Shown here: in pieces, positions 48,399-58,206 of the stretch
Layout of the letters: every line of letters begins with the position of its first letter
Numbering within the stretch: position 1 is the first letter of the stretch
Source of the DNA: Bdellovibrionales bacterium
Lineage (GTDB): Bacteria; Bdellovibrionota; Bdellovibrionia; Bdellovibrionales; UBA1609
DNA: 64,000 nt
Assembly (NCBI GenBank): GCA_965205645.1
Contig: OZ242172.1
Span: forward strand, 896,122 to 960,121
Direction of reading: 5' to 3'
The notes under the pieces: model-generated
The model's database searches: none
Told to the model about the DNA's origin: nothing
Seen by the model: only the letters and a program-made list of their open reading frames with translations
Translations under genes and position numbers: made by a program

Positions 48399-49394
48399 AT
48401 GTCACTTGTCATACATAGAGAATATTTATCGCTTAATTATGATCCGGAAGAGATTCCTGTGGCATTTTTAGTGTTACATTATACGGCAGCCAGTTTATCT
48501 GGAACGTTGCGAATCTTTCAAAATCCTCGTTCTCGCGCCTCTTGTCATTTAATTTTAGATATGGATGGTTCTGTGTATGAATTAGTTCCTTGTTTGGATG
48601 GAAAGTGTTTAAAAGCCTGGCATGCCGGGGAAAGCTATTGGCCCGTGTCGACAGTTGATGTGCATAATTTGCAAGGTAGCGACAATAACGTGAAAGAATC
48701 TGCGGCAAAAATGTCCTCTATGACCCGCGGGGCACAGAAATCTGCGCAGACGCTTACTGGTAAACATGATGTGCAAGGCAGTGACATAGGTGCAGGGAAT
48801 CGCGGCGGCGGTGAGTCGCCGCAGACGCTTACTGGTAAACATGGTGTGCAAGGCAGTGACATGGGTGCAGGGAATCGCGGCGGCGGCGAGTCGCCGCAGA
48901 CGCTTACTGGTAAACATGGTGTGCAAGGCAGTGACATGGGTGCAGGGAATCGCGGCGAAGTATCCCCCCCGATTCGGGGGTTTAATGGGTTTTCTATTGG
49001 TATTGAGTTAGTTAACAGGAACGGCAATTTATTTCCTTATACAAAGGCGCAATATCGTTCTTTGGCTTTAATATGTAAGAGGCTACAGCGCTATTATAAA
49101 GCTCTATGTAACCCTGAGCGTGTTTTAGGGCACGAGCATATTGCGGGGTATAGGGGCAAGGTGGATCCGGGGCATTGTTTTGATTGGTCTTTATTTTTTA
49201 AAATGAGCTATGGATCATCAGATATTTTAAATAGAGAGCCAATTTTATCTAGTGAAGCTTGTAGCCGATTTTCGGAGTTATCTTCTCGGTTTTTGAGCTT
49301 AGGAGGTTGTCGGGACAAAGATTGGGTGCTATTAAATCGTCAGATGGAGCAGGCAGCTCAGTTAGAGCAGGCTTCTGCTCATTCACATCGTTGA
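48399..49394 (+). CDS. ampD: AmpD-like N-acetylmuramoyl-L-alanine amidase (Amidase_2) carrying a 106-codon in-frame repeat insertion
   Basis: LVLHYTA, HLILDMDG.VYELV, AWHAGESYW [insert] FNGFSIGIELVN...Y....Y..L......L......VLGHEHIA..RGKVDPG..FDW. Confidence 0.85.
   Translation: MSLVIHREYLSLNYDPEEIPVAFLVLHYTAASLSGTLRIFQNPRSRASCHLILDMDGSVYELVPCLDGKCLKAWHAGESYWPVSTVDVHNLQGSDNNVKESAAKMSSMTRGAQKSAQTLTGKHDVQGSDIGAGNRGGGESPQTLTGKHGVQGSDMGAGNRGGGESPQTLTGKHGVQGSDMGAGNRGEVSPPIRGFNGFSIGIELVNRNGNLFPYTKAQYRSLALICKRLQRYYKALCNPERVLGHEHIAGYRGKVDPGHCFDWSLFFKMSYGSSDILNREPILSSEACSRFSELSSRFLSLGGCRDKDWVLLNRQMEQAAQLEQASAHSHR
48663..48980 (+). repeat. GC-rich modular repeat array inside the ampD-like gene
   Basis: One 69-nt-type unit (CATAATTTGCAAGGTAGCGACAATAACGTG...GACCCGCGGGG) is followed by 75-nt units starting at 48747, 48822 and 48897. 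The array ends GGAATCGCGGCGAAGTATCCCCCCCGATTCGGGGG. The total is 318 nt, or 106 codons. Confidence 0.95.
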
Positions 49395-49465
49395 CTTTTG
49401 TTGACATTTTTTAAAAAGGCTTCAGTTTTAGGAAAATACGAAGATTTTAGAAAAAAGGAAGAACT

Positions 49466-51403
49466 ATGGAAAAAATTATAGGAATTGATTTAGGGACAAC
49501 TAATTCTGTTGTTGCTGTGATTGAGGGTGGTCGACCAAAGGTAATTCAAAATGCAGAAGGTAATAGAACAACTCCTTCTGTCGTTGGGTGGAACAAGAAT
49601 GGGGAGCGTATGGTGGGTCAAATGGCAAAAGGTCAGGCAGCTATTCGTCCTTTACATACGGTGTACTCTTCTAAGCGGTTTATTGGTAAAAAATATTCTG
49701 AAATAAAAGAGTTAGCAAAGAATGTGCTCTACAATTTAGTGGACGGAAAAACTGGGAGTTGCTGTTTTAAGGTGGGTGATAAGGTGTATTCTTGTGAGGA
49801 AATAGCAAGTTTTGTTTTGGCTAAGTTGAAAAAAGATGCGGAAGATTATTTGGGGCAAAAAGTTAACAAAGCTGTGATTACAGTTCCTGCTTATTTTAAC
49901 GATGCACAAAGACAAGCGACTAAGGATGCTGGAAACATTGCCGGTTTGGAAGTAAAGAGGGTGATTAATGAGCCAACGGCAGCGGCTTTATTTTACGGCA
50001 TGGACAAGAAAAAAAATAAGAATATTGCCGTATACGATTTTGGTGGTGGCACGTTTGATATTTCAATTTTGGAAGTGACGGAGGGGTTGACTGAAGTCAA
50101 ATCCACAAATGGAGACACTTATTTAGGCGGTGACGATTTTGACATAGTTATTATGAACTGGATGATTGAAAATTTTAAGAAAACTTCTGGGATTGACTTA
50201 AAAAACGATAAGATGGCGATTCAAAGATTAAGAGAGCATGCGGAAAAAGCTAAAATTGATCTTAGTTCTACACATGAAACACATATTAATTTACCTTTTA
50301 TTACAGCGGATGCAAGTGGTCCTAAGCACTTGGATATGACTCTCACTCGTGTGCAGTTTGAGAAACTAATAGATGAGTTGATACAACGATCTATTACACC
50401 CTGTAAAAAAGCTTTAGAGGACAGTAAGTTCAGTGTCAGTGATATTGATGAAATAATTTTAGTTGGTGGTTCTACTCGTATTCCTGCTGTGCAGAGGGCG
50501 GTACAGGAATTTTTTGGTAAAGAGTGTAATAAAACAGTTAACCCAGATGAAGTAGTGGCTTTAGGTGCGGCTGTACAGGCCGGTGTGTTTACAGAAGAGA
50601 TAAAGGATGTATTGCTTTTAGATGTTACTCCTTTGTCTTTAGGTATTGAGACGCTGGGTGGGGTGATGACTCGTCTGATTGAACGTAACACAACGATTCC
50701 CACTGAAAAATCAGAAACATTTTCTACAGCGGAAGATAATCAACCAGGGGTTAGTATTCATGTCTTGCAAGGGGAAAGAGAGATGGCAGCAGATAATAAA
50801 ACCATTGGTCGGTTTGAGCTGCAGGATATTCCACCTGCTCCGCGTGGCGTGCCGAAAATTGAAGTTAAGTTTCAAATCAGCGCGGATGGCATTATTGATG
50901 TATCAGCAACGAACAAAGATACAAACCGTCAACAAAAAATACGGATTGAAAAACCCGGGTTAAATGAAAAAGAAATTAATAAACTGGTTAAAGAAGCTGA
51001 GCAATATTCACAAACGGATAAACAGAAAAGAGAAAAAATTACTTGTCGGAATAATTTAGATAGTTTGATTTACCGGGTAGAAAAATTGATCAAAGACAAT
51101 CAAAAACAGTTGCCGACGGATCTGCAAAAAAAAGCAGAAGAACAAATGAAAACTGCTCGTGCTTGTCTAAAAAATGAGTCAGCCAGTATAGAGATTTTTA
51201 AAGAAGAAACAAAAAAGTTAGAGGATATTTATCGTCAAATTGGTGCAGCGGTTTATGAAGCATCTAAAAAAGCAGAACCTCCTGCAGCGGGTGCTGACGG
51301 TACTGATGGTGCTGACAGTAAAACGGCTGATACTGGATCGGACAAAAAAAATAACAAGGACGATAAAGAAGTTATTGATGCTGATTTTAAAGATGTGAAC
51401 TAA
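49466..51403 (+). CDS. dnaK: molecular chaperone DnaK (Hsp70)
   Basis: 645 aa. [24 protein letters not shown] and other Hsp70 blocks. Confidence 0.98.
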   Translation: MEKIIGIDLGTTNSVVAVIEGGRPKVIQNAEGNRTTPSVVGWNKNGERMVGQMAKGQAAIRPLHTVYSSKRFIGKKYSEIKELAKNVLYNLVDGKTGSCCFKVGDKVYSCEEIASFVLAKLKKDAEDYLGQKVNKAVITVPAYFNDAQRQATKDAGNIAGLEVKRVINEPTAAALFYGMDKKKNKNIAVYDFGGGTFDISILEVTEGLTEVKSTNGDTYLGGDDFDIVIMNWMIENFKKTSGIDLKNDKMAIQRLREHAEKAKIDLSSTHETHINLPFITADASGPKHLDMTLTRVQFEKLIDELIQRSITPCKKALEDSKFSVSDIDEIILVGGSTRIPAVQRAVQEFFGKECNKTVNPDEVVALGAAVQAGVFTEEIKDVLLLDVTPLSLGIETLGGVMTRLIERNTTIPTEKSETFSTAEDNQPGVSIHVLQGEREMAADNKTIGRFELQDIPPAPRGVPKIEVKFQISADGIIDVSATNKDTNRQQKIRIEKPGLNEKEINKLVKEAEQYSQTDKQKREKITCRNNLDSLIYRVEKLIKDNQKQLPTDLQKKAEEQMKTARACLKNESASIEIFKEETKKLEDIYRQIGAAVYEASKKAEPPAAGADGTDGADSKTADTGSDKKNNKDDKEVIDADFKDVN

Positions 51404-51837
51404 TTGGATTCGGGTAGAAAGTTTAGCGGATTCATTACTTGTTTTTCATGGAGTAGTTCAAAGTGTAGGTGAGGGCCAGAAGAACGACCGGTACTACCTA
51501 CTGCACCAATTGCTTGTGCTTTTTGAACTGCTTGTCCTGTCTTAACATCAATGCGATGTAGGTGAGCATATAGACTAGACCATGAATGATCATGTTCAAT
51601 GAGTACCATGTTGCCATAACCTGAAAAACCTTTTCCGGTATATACTACTTTACCTTTTGCGACACTAAGCACTGGTGCTCCGGTATTTTTTGGAAAATCC
51701 ACTCCTGCATGATAGATAGAAAATAACCGAGAGGTTGTGTACGGTTTTTTAATTGGCCAGGTGAACTCTGGCTGAGGTATATGTGCGCAAGATGCGACAG
51801 TTAGTATTATTAAGAGGGGTAAGAAAATCCGGTGCAT
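51400..51837 (-). CDS. M23-family (LytM-type) metallopeptidase lipoprotein
   Basis: Lipobox TVASC, HAGVDF, and [21 protein letters not shown]...[15 protein letters not shown]. Confidence 0.88.
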   Translation of the reverse strand: MHRIFLPLLIILTVASCAHIPQPEFTWPIKKPYTTSRLFSIYHAGVDFPKNTGAPVLSVAKGKVVYTGKGFSGYGNMVLIEHDHSWSSLYAHLHRIDVKTGQAVQKAQAIGAVGSTGRSSGPHLHFELLHEKQVMNPLNFLPESN

Positions 51838-53048
51838 AACTCTTTTACCTGTTGAGCAATATTTTTTAAATGTTTTTCATTATCTGGCTTTTCCAAAGCT
51901 TGATGAATCCATTGGGCAATATATTTCATTTCTGCTGTTCCCATTCCTCGTGTAGTCACTGCTGGAGTTCCTATGCGAATGCCGCTGGTGACAAAAGGTG
52001 ATTTTGTTTCACCCGGCACTGTATTTTTATTAACTGTGATTCCAGCTTGTTCTAAAACGCGTTCTGCTTTTTTTCCTGTGATATTTTTATTAGAAAGATC
52101 AATTAAAATCAAATGATTATCCGTGCCACCAGTGACTAAAGAAAATTCATAATTGATCAAATGTTTAGCTAATATTTTTGCATTAGAAACAACAGTTTGC
52201 GCATATTTTTTAAAGGAATCTTGTAAAGCTTCTTGAAAGGCAATCGCTTTTCCAGCAATGGTATGCATTAAAGGTCCACCTTGTATGCCAGGGAAGATGG
52301 ACGAGTTTAATTTTTTACTGTTTTTCATAGGACAAAGGATAAGCCCTCCTCTCGGGCCTCTTAGTGTTTTATGGGTAGTGGAAGTGACAAAATCTGCATA
52401 GGGAATGGGGGAGGAGTGTACGTTTCCGGCGACTAGTCCGGCAAAGTGTGCCATATCTACGATGAGAGTTGCTCCCACTTGGTCTGCAATTTGTCGGAAG
52501 TTTTTAAAATCAAGTGTTCGTGGGTAAGCACTGTACCCTGCAATGAGTAGGCGGGGTTTTTGCTTTTTAGCTTGTTGTTCAATGTGGTTATAATCCAACC
52601 AACCGGTTTTTGGATCTGTTTGATAAGAAGTGGATCGAAATATAAAACCGCTAAAATTAACAATGGATCCATGTGTTAAATGTCCACCACAAGATAGATC
52701 CATTCCCATAATGGTATCACCAGGTTTGGCTGCGGCAAAGTATACTGCCATATTCGCTTGTGATCCGGAGTGTGGTTGAACATTTGCATATTCTGCTGAA
52801 AATAATTTTTGTGCACGGGCAATAGCTAATGTTTCACAAATATCTACAAATTTGCAGCCACCGTAATATCTTTTACCTGGATAACCTTCCGCATATTTGT
52901 TCGTTAGTATGGAACCCTGTGCTTGTAGAACAGCAGTAGAGGTGTAATTTTCAGAAGCGATTAACTCTAAACCATTTTTTTGCCGTGCTTTTTCTTGTTC
53001 AATCGCTTGAAAAATTTTCGGGTCAATGTGTTGCAAACCAGTTTTCAT
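51810..53048 (-). CDS. glyA: serine hydroxymethyltransferase
   Basis: [18 protein letters not shown], and [12 protein letters not shown] (PLP lysine). I chose the ATG at 53048, directly after the rpiB stop, over the GTG at 53060. Confidence 0.96.
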   Translation of the reverse strand: MKTGLQHIDPKIFQAIEQEKARQKNGLELIASENYTSTAVLQAQGSILTNKYAEGYPGKRYYGGCKFVDICETLAIARAQKLFSAEYANVQPHSGSQANMAVYFAAAKPGDTIMGMDLSCGGHLTHGSIVNFSGFIFRSTSYQTDPKTGWLDYNHIEQQAKKQKPRLLIAGYSAYPRTLDFKNFRQIADQVGATLIVDMAHFAGLVAGNVHSSPIPYADFVTSTTHKTLRGPRGGLILCPMKNSKKLNSSIFPGIQGGPLMHTIAGKAIAFQEALQDSFKKYAQTVVSNAKILAKHLINYEFSLVTGGTDNHLILIDLSNKNITGKKAERVLEQAGITVNKNTVPGETKSPFVTSGIRIGTPAVTTRGMGTAEMKYIAQWIHQALEKPDNEKHLKNIAQQVKELCTGFSYPS

Positions 53049-53536
53049 GTGTTCTTCCACCGATCTATTTGCTGTACTCTTTTCAAATGTCGTCCTTTTT
53101 TAAAAGGGGTGCAAATAAAAGTTTGTAAAATTTGATGGGCCATTTTACGAGAAATTAACCGCGCTCCTAGGCATAATACATTTGCGTTATTGTGTTCTCT
53201 GGCCAATTGCGTACTTTCTACATTCCACACTGCTGCTGCTCGGATGCCACTAAAGCGATTAGCTGCCATCGCCATTCCTTGTCCACTACCACAAATAAGG
53301 ACTCCTTTACCTCCATCTTTTTTTATTTTCCGGCAGAGTGTCTGTGCAAGCTGTGGATAATTGCTTTTTCGTTCATTGTGCACTCCCAAATCTTCCCAAC
53401 ATTGCTCCGGATTTTTCTTTATTAAAAAATTTTTTAGCAAAAAACCTGCATGATCATTTGCAATAAAAATTTTTCTCCCTTCAAGGGGGGAGTGATTTCG
53501 CCGCGATTCTATTGCATCTATTTCACTGTTTTGCAT
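53045..53536 (-). CDS. rpiB: ribose-5-phosphate isomerase B with repeat-derived 20-aa N-terminal extension
   Basis: The RpiB core is [14 protein letters not shown]...[22 protein letters not shown]...[16 protein letters not shown]. The only canonical in-frame start (ATG 53536) lies inside a copy of the GC-rich repeat. Confidence 0.88.
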   Translation of the reverse strand: MQNSEIDAIESRRNHSPLEGRKIFIANDHAGFLLKNFLIKKNPEQCWEDLGVHNERKSNYPQLAQTLCRKIKKDGGKGVLICGSGQGMAMAANRFSGIRAAAVWNVESTQLAREHNNANVLCLGARLISRKMAHQILQTFICTPFKKGRHLKRVQQIDRWKNT

Positions 53537-53545
53537 ATTATGTTT
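53475..53545 (-). repeat. single terminal-type unit of the GC-rich modular repeat overlapping the rpiB 5' end
   Basis: The minus strand reads AAACATAATATGCAAAACAGTGAAATAGATGCAATAGAATCGCGGCGAAATCACTCCCCCCTTGAAGGGAG, that is box 1 + box 2 + hairpin. Confidence 0.85.
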
Positions 53546-53816
53546 ATTCAGCCAGTATTTTTACGAGAAGGCAAAATAGAAATCATTCATTTAATGTTAT
53601 TTTCTATGTTTCATGTATATGATTATTATTGTTTAGTTGTCTGTATAGTTATAAATAATATTTTCTTTTTCATAAAATTCTACAATTTTTAATATTTTAA
53701 CATATAAAATTTATTATTTCTCTCATTTTTTAGGCATTATTCTTTATTTTAGTTTTTTATAAACCGAAATGTAAACTAAAGTAGCTAGTGAAAAGTCTTT
53801 AAGGGAGCCTAAAGGT

Positions 53817-54587
53817 ATGAAAACAAGAAAATGGTTACTGATATACACATCACTGCTACTGCTAGTGCTAATGAACTGTCAGGTGTTTAAAGCAAATAGA
53901 AAGCCGCAATCTGCAGGTTTTAGAGGGTATTGCCCCAATTGTTTAGTAAAAAGTATTGGTAAAGATGTAAAACAACTGCAAAAAATAATACAAAAAAGTA
54001 ATCTAAAATTAGTTGATCATCAGCCTGTTCAAACTCCTCCTATCGATCGTTCTAGTAACAGTTCTCATACATGGTCATGCTCGTTTGCCTGCGAATGGTT
54101 TAAAAATGGATCAAGAGATGGATACATTATAACAAAACACGGTAGCTCCACAAAAGAGGTAGTGCTGGCAGCACAAAATAAATGCCGGACAGACACTGAT
54201 TATAAAGGGGTTCTTATTGACAATCTAGTATGGGGCAGCTACGAGCGTTTTATTCCTCTTCAAATCAGCATTCGTAGTTCTTGTTCCAAAAATTCTACCT
54301 CCTCTCAGCCCCAGCGTTTCTCTTGTATAGCTTATTCCGCAGAGGTTGTTCCTGTACATGTCGCAAATCATTACCATGATGGCTGGCTTTGGAATAATTA
54401 TACAGTTCCTGTTATTAGGAATAAAATTTTTAAGAATCTTGAAGTGTCTTCTGGACCGACTATGAAGGAAGCCTTTAGTCAATTGATGAGTAACAAACAG
54501 TATCGCACTTTGATTGTATCCAGCAGTGTACACTATACAGAAATTGTTCCTGTGAAATCTCCAGAAGAAGTTTGCGTCCAGAATTAA
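53817..54587 (+). CDS. lipoprotein sharing only the long-form leader module of the VPNFA-IHK family (P4, chimeric)
   Basis: The first ~70 aa are homologous to P2, P3 and P6: LMNCQVFKANRKPQSAGFRGYCPNCLVKSIGKDVKQLQKIIQKSN. The remaining ~185 aa are an unrelated Cys-containing domain. Confidence 0.75.
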   Translation: MKTRKWLLIYTSLLLLVLMNCQVFKANRKPQSAGFRGYCPNCLVKSIGKDVKQLQKIIQKSNLKLVDHQPVQTPPIDRSSNSSHTWSCSFACEWFKNGSRDGYIITKHGSSTKEVVLAAQNKCRTDTDYKGVLIDNLVWGSYERFIPLQISIRSSCSKNSTSSQPQRFSCIAYSAEVVPVHVANHYHDGWLWNNYTVPVIRNKIFKNLEVSSGPTMKEAFSQLMSNKQYRTLIVSSSVHYTEIVPVKSPEEVCVQN

Positions 54588-54683
54588 GAAATGAAGATCC
54601 TATAGGTTATCTATATATTACAGCGCTAAATGTTTCATCTGCATAATGCATTGGTAACAAATATTTTTTCTTCTGATTATTAC

Positions 54684-56042
54684 TTAACAAGAATCTTTTT
54701 TACGAAAAGATAACATTTTTCCTTTTGGAAGGGAGATTAGTTCACCGTTTTGCATAGCCCATTGCCCGCTCAGTAATACAGCTTCTGGCCAGCCGGTTAC
54801 TTTTTGGTTTTCAAATGGAGACCAGCCACATTTGGAAGCTAGCCATTTTTGTGTAATAGTTTGTGTTTTTTTCATATCCACAAAAGTTAAATTAGCTTTA
54901 AAATGTTTTTTAATTAAGCCTTGTCTTTGAATGCCATAATAGCGGTGAGGGTTGACGGCAAGTAATTCAGTGAGTTTTTTTAAACTAAGTTGCTTTTTGT
55001 GCACGTGATTTAACATCAGCGGTAACATTGTTTGTGTGCCAGGCATTCCAGCTGGTGATAGGGGATAAGCTTGTTTTTTTTCCTCCAGGCTGTGCGGAGC
55101 ATGGTCAGAACCGATCATGGTAACAACTCCTTCCCGGACAGCTTGCCATAGTGCTTGCTGGTGCCTTTTGTCTCGTATGGGAGGATTCATTTGCGCTAAG
55201 CTGCCTAGTCGTTCATAGCATTCAGGAGCTGTGAGAGTTAAGTGTTGTGGAGTGACTTCCACTGTAGCAGTTGTCTGGTGTTGTTTTAAAAGTGACATTT
55301 CTTCTTCCGTGGTGACGTGTAGAATATGTACGCGTCGTTGACACTCTTTGGCCAGCCGGATAATTTTTTTGGTAGCAATCAAAGCGCTGTCGACGTCTCT
55401 CCATACTGGATGCTTTTGCACAGTGACGTTGGGGTCAGATAGTATGAGTTTTTTTCTTTGGTTCAGTCGCTCTTGATCTTCACTATGTATGGCCACTGGC
55501 CCGGATGTATTTTGTAAAGCTTGTAAAATATCTGATTCTTTATCTAATAATAAGGAGCCAGTGGATTTTCCCATAAAAATTTTTACTCCGCAGCAGCCTG
55601 TTTGTTTTTCTAACTCGGATAACTGAGAAAGATTAGAAGAAGAGGATCCCATAAAAAACGCAAAATCACACCAGGAATTATTTTCTGCTCTTTGTATTTT
55701 ATCTTTAAAAGTTTCTTTGCTTAGAGTAGGGGGAATGGTGTTAGGCATTTCTAAAAAAGCGCTAATTCCTCCTAAGAGGGCCGCACGACTACCTGATTCG
55801 ATCGTTTCTTTATGCTCCATCCCCGGCTCACGAAAATGTACTTGAGTGTCAATCAAGCCGGGTAAAACCACCAGCCCGGATGCTTTAAAGGTAGAATGTG
55901 CACTAGCTGCTTTTAAGGATCCAATGGCAGTAATTTGCTCACCTAAGATTCCAATATCTACCTGTTCTTCTACTAATTCCCAGGGATTTTTTGGATGAGA
56001 TAATAGCGCCCAAGCATCTTTAATTAGTAAATCAAATTTCAT
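54684..56042 (-). CDS. pyrC: dihydroorotase
   Basis: LPGLIDTQVHFREPG, MPNT.PP, and the SDHAPH-like GSDHAPHS. I set the start at the ATG at 56042 (MKFDLLIKDAW...) rather than 56129. Confidence 0.88.
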   Translation of the reverse strand: MKFDLLIKDAWALLSHPKNPWELVEEQVDIGILGEQITAIGSLKAASAHSTFKASGLVVLPGLIDTQVHFREPGMEHKETIESGSRAALLGGISAFLEMPNTIPPTLSKETFKDKIQRAENNSWCDFAFFMGSSSSNLSQLSELEKQTGCCGVKIFMGKSTGSLLLDKESDILQALQNTSGPVAIHSEDQERLNQRKKLILSDPNVTVQKHPVWRDVDSALIATKKIIRLAKECQRRVHILHVTTEEEMSLLKQHQTTATVEVTPQHLTLTAPECYERLGSLAQMNPPIRDKRHQQALWQAVREGVVTMIGSDHAPHSLEEKKQAYPLSPAGMPGTQTMLPLMLNHVHKKQLSLKKLTELLAVNPHRYYGIQRQGLIKKHFKANLTFVDMKKTQTITQKWLASKCGWSPFENQKVTGWPEAVLLSGQWAMQNGELISLPKGKMLSFRKKDSC

Positions 56043-56251
56043 AGAAGATCTCGGTTTTATCACATATTGGACGCTTTTTGTCCCTATTGCATAAAATACC
56101 GTCAGGCATTGTGTTCTACTATGAAACACTTTTATATCTATATCAAAGGATAAAAAATAAAATTCTAGTGATATTCATTATTTATAAATAAATTACCACC
56201 ATTTTGCATAAGTAAAGAGTAGGTGAAGGTAAATAAACAGGAGGTAAGAAA

Positions 56252-56965
56252 ATGAATAAAACAATTTGTCCTATTTGTGGGTCAAAAGTAAAGGCGGCTG
56301 GTCGCACTGTATTTTGTCAGTGTGGTTGGCACAAATCTTTTAACCATGCAAATGGTTTACGGATACAAAAAGGGATTACCACACACTTAATAATAGCTGG
56401 GTTTGTGTTAATGGGCTCTGTTGTACATTTAAGTGAATGGGGATCTTCTTCTCTATCCATCGTGTCTTTAAAAGCACGTCAATGGACAGGCTTACTTACT
56501 AAGCAAGCTTATGCAGATTTAAAAAACACTTGCATGAACTTGAAAAAATATGATTGTGTTGAAAGTGCTCATCAGTCATACTTCCGTTCTTCCAACGATT
56601 TATCTGCTTTGCACGCTCTAGGAGAGTTGCAATACCGTAGAGGTTCATTGGATGAAGCGAAAGAAACTTACACACTGTATTTTACAAAAAAAGGTAAAGA
56701 AGTGAAAGCTGCTTACAACTACGCTCAGATTTTAGAAAAATCTGGAAATACTCAACAGGCTTTGGGTTATTACAAATACGCTTTAAAAGCTAGCCCAGAA
56801 GTAGCACAAGTGAGTGTTATGCGTGCTTACATCAACTTGCTTATTAAAAATGGCCAACACGCCAAAGCAAAAGCAGAGCTTAGTAAATTTCAATCTATGG
56901 TTAAGAAATCTACTTCTTTAGTACAGAACAAATTTCAAAACTGGAAAAAACAAGTTAGATCTTAA
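56252..56965 (+). CDS. zinc-ribbon / single-TM / TPR-like domain protein
   Basis: RBS AGGAGG. The N-terminus reads CPICG....14....CQCGW, followed by a TM segment (LIIAGFVLMGSVV) and TPR-like helices. Confidence 0.7.
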   Translation: MNKTICPICGSKVKAAGRTVFCQCGWHKSFNHANGLRIQKGITTHLIIAGFVLMGSVVHLSEWGSSSLSIVSLKARQWTGLLTKQAYADLKNTCMNLKKYDCVESAHQSYFRSSNDLSALHALGELQYRRGSLDEAKETYTLYFTKKGKEVKAAYNYAQILEKSGNTQQALGYYKYALKASPEVAQVSVMRAYINLLIKNGQHAKAKAELSKFQSMVKKSTSLVQNKFQNWKKQVRS

Positions 56966-56990
56966 TTAATAAGTATAACTTAATATCATT

Positions 56991-57022
56991 AAAAGCCGGA
57001 TTTTTTATCCGGCTTTTTTTTT
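56991..57022 (+). terminator. Rho-independent terminator
   Basis: GCCGGA (56995-57000) and TCCGGC (57008-13) form a hairpin followed by T9. Confidence 0.85.
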
Positions 57023-57365
57023 ACCCCCAAAGGGGCCGCCCCCAGAGGGGGTGACTTCGCCGCGATTCCGCTGCTTCCATGTGACAACTTTGCATATCAT
57101 GTTTACCAATAATGTCTCCGGCGACCCGCCGCCCCCAGAGGGGGTGACTTCGCCGCGATTCCGCTGCTTCCATGTGACAACTTTGCATATCATGTTTACC
57201 AATAATGTCTCCGGCGACCCGCCGCCCCCAGAGGGGGTGACTTCGCCGCGATTCCGCTGCTTCCATGTGACAACTTTGCAAATTATGTTTACAAGTGTCT
57301 CCGGCGACCCGCCGCCCCCACGATTCCGTTGCACGCATGTCACTATCTTACAAATTATGTTTAAC
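57023..57365 (-). repeat. intergenic array of the GC-rich modular repeat: 3 x 93-nt units + one terminal unit (reverse orientation)
   Basis: A 93-nt periodicity was verified at 57044, 57137 and 57230. On the minus strand each unit reads AAACAT(G/A)AT(A/T)TGCAAAGTTGTCACATGGAAGCAGCGGAATCGCGGCGAAGTCACCCCCTCTGGGGGCGGCGGGTCGCCGGAGAC... Confidence 0.95.
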
Positions 57366-57429
57366 TAAGTATTTCTACATAAAATGGTCATACTTATTTA
57401 GTGGATTACAAATATATGAAATATATTTT

Positions 57430-58206
57430 TTATTCTGAATCGGATTCTGTATTTTTATAAATGATGGCTGCTACACCTTTTACTGCATCTGTTACAGTGT
57501 AACAGATGGAACCAATCATCGTTGCCATAGAAAACAGTATATTTCCATGTAGCCTACCTAACTTGGTGACTAATTTATTGATTTTTCTATTTCTTTCTAT
57601 AGAGTCCTCTGGCCAATCATCTCTAATATGCTTTCTAACCTGTTCAAACTGATAAGAAAAATGTGCCGAGGAAACTGCTGAGCTTGCTCCCACAACAGCT
57701 GCGGTTGCGCCTTTGTTCGTAGGGTAAGATGTATGTTCATTATCAGTCATTGCATGACGACTGCCTGCACCTAAGGCACACACTGCAAATCCACCTGCTA
57801 CGTATTTCCACGCAGATTTATGAATATGGGATTTATCATTATTATTGAGGACAATATTATTTTTAGCCACCTGCCTAAGCTGGTTTAAATATTGATCGGG
57901 GCAGGAAGGAAGATCCAATTGCCTTGCTATAGAAGATATTTCTTGATCAAATTCATTTGTTGGATGGCTGGTTTTTGTGTTGCTTAGTTTAGCAAAATTC
58001 GGCACTAGATCCGGGTGGTTTATTAAGTCTATGTGACAAACTGGTGTTCCTTTTTTATCTAATACAATAGCTGAACGTACGGGAATCCGTGTTTTATCTG
58101 CTGAATATTGTAATATTTCGTTATTTGCTTGATAGTTTCTCCATCCTGGTAGCACTAGCAGTAATGATAGTAAGTAAATAATCAAAGATAATTTTTTTAT
58201 TTTCAT
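57430..58206 (-). CDS. VPNFA-IHK paralog family member P5, short form
   Basis: 258 aa. LPGWRNYQ, VRSAIVLDKKGTPVCHIDLINHPDLVPNFAK, DLPSC..YLNQL..VAKNNIVLN...SHIHKSA, FAVCALGAG, and the tail SICYTVTD. Confidence 0.8.
   Translation of the reverse strand: MKIKKLSLIIYLLSLLLVLPGWRNYQANNEILQYSADKTRIPVRSAIVLDKKGTPVCHIDLINHPDLVPNFAKLSNTKTSHPTNEFDQEISSIARQLDLPSCPDQYLNQLRQVAKNNIVLNNNDKSHIHKSAWKYVAGGFAVCALGAGSRHAMTDNEHTSYPTNKGATAAVVGASSAVSSAHFSYQFEQVRKHIRDDWPEDSIERNRKINKLVTKLGRLHGNILFSMATMIGSICYTVTDAVKGVAAIIYKNTESDSE

Noticed and set aside
48433-49027. Antisense and alternate-frame ORFs inside the ampD-like gene
   Set aside because: The cause is the same: they are repeat-array read-through frames. The sense frame carries the amidase motifs.
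57005-57368. Three overlapping 105-112-aa ORFs on both strands
   Set aside because: They coincide exactly with the 93-nt GC-rich repeat array. They are open only because the repeats lack stop codons in several frames. They have no RBS and no non-repeat sequence.
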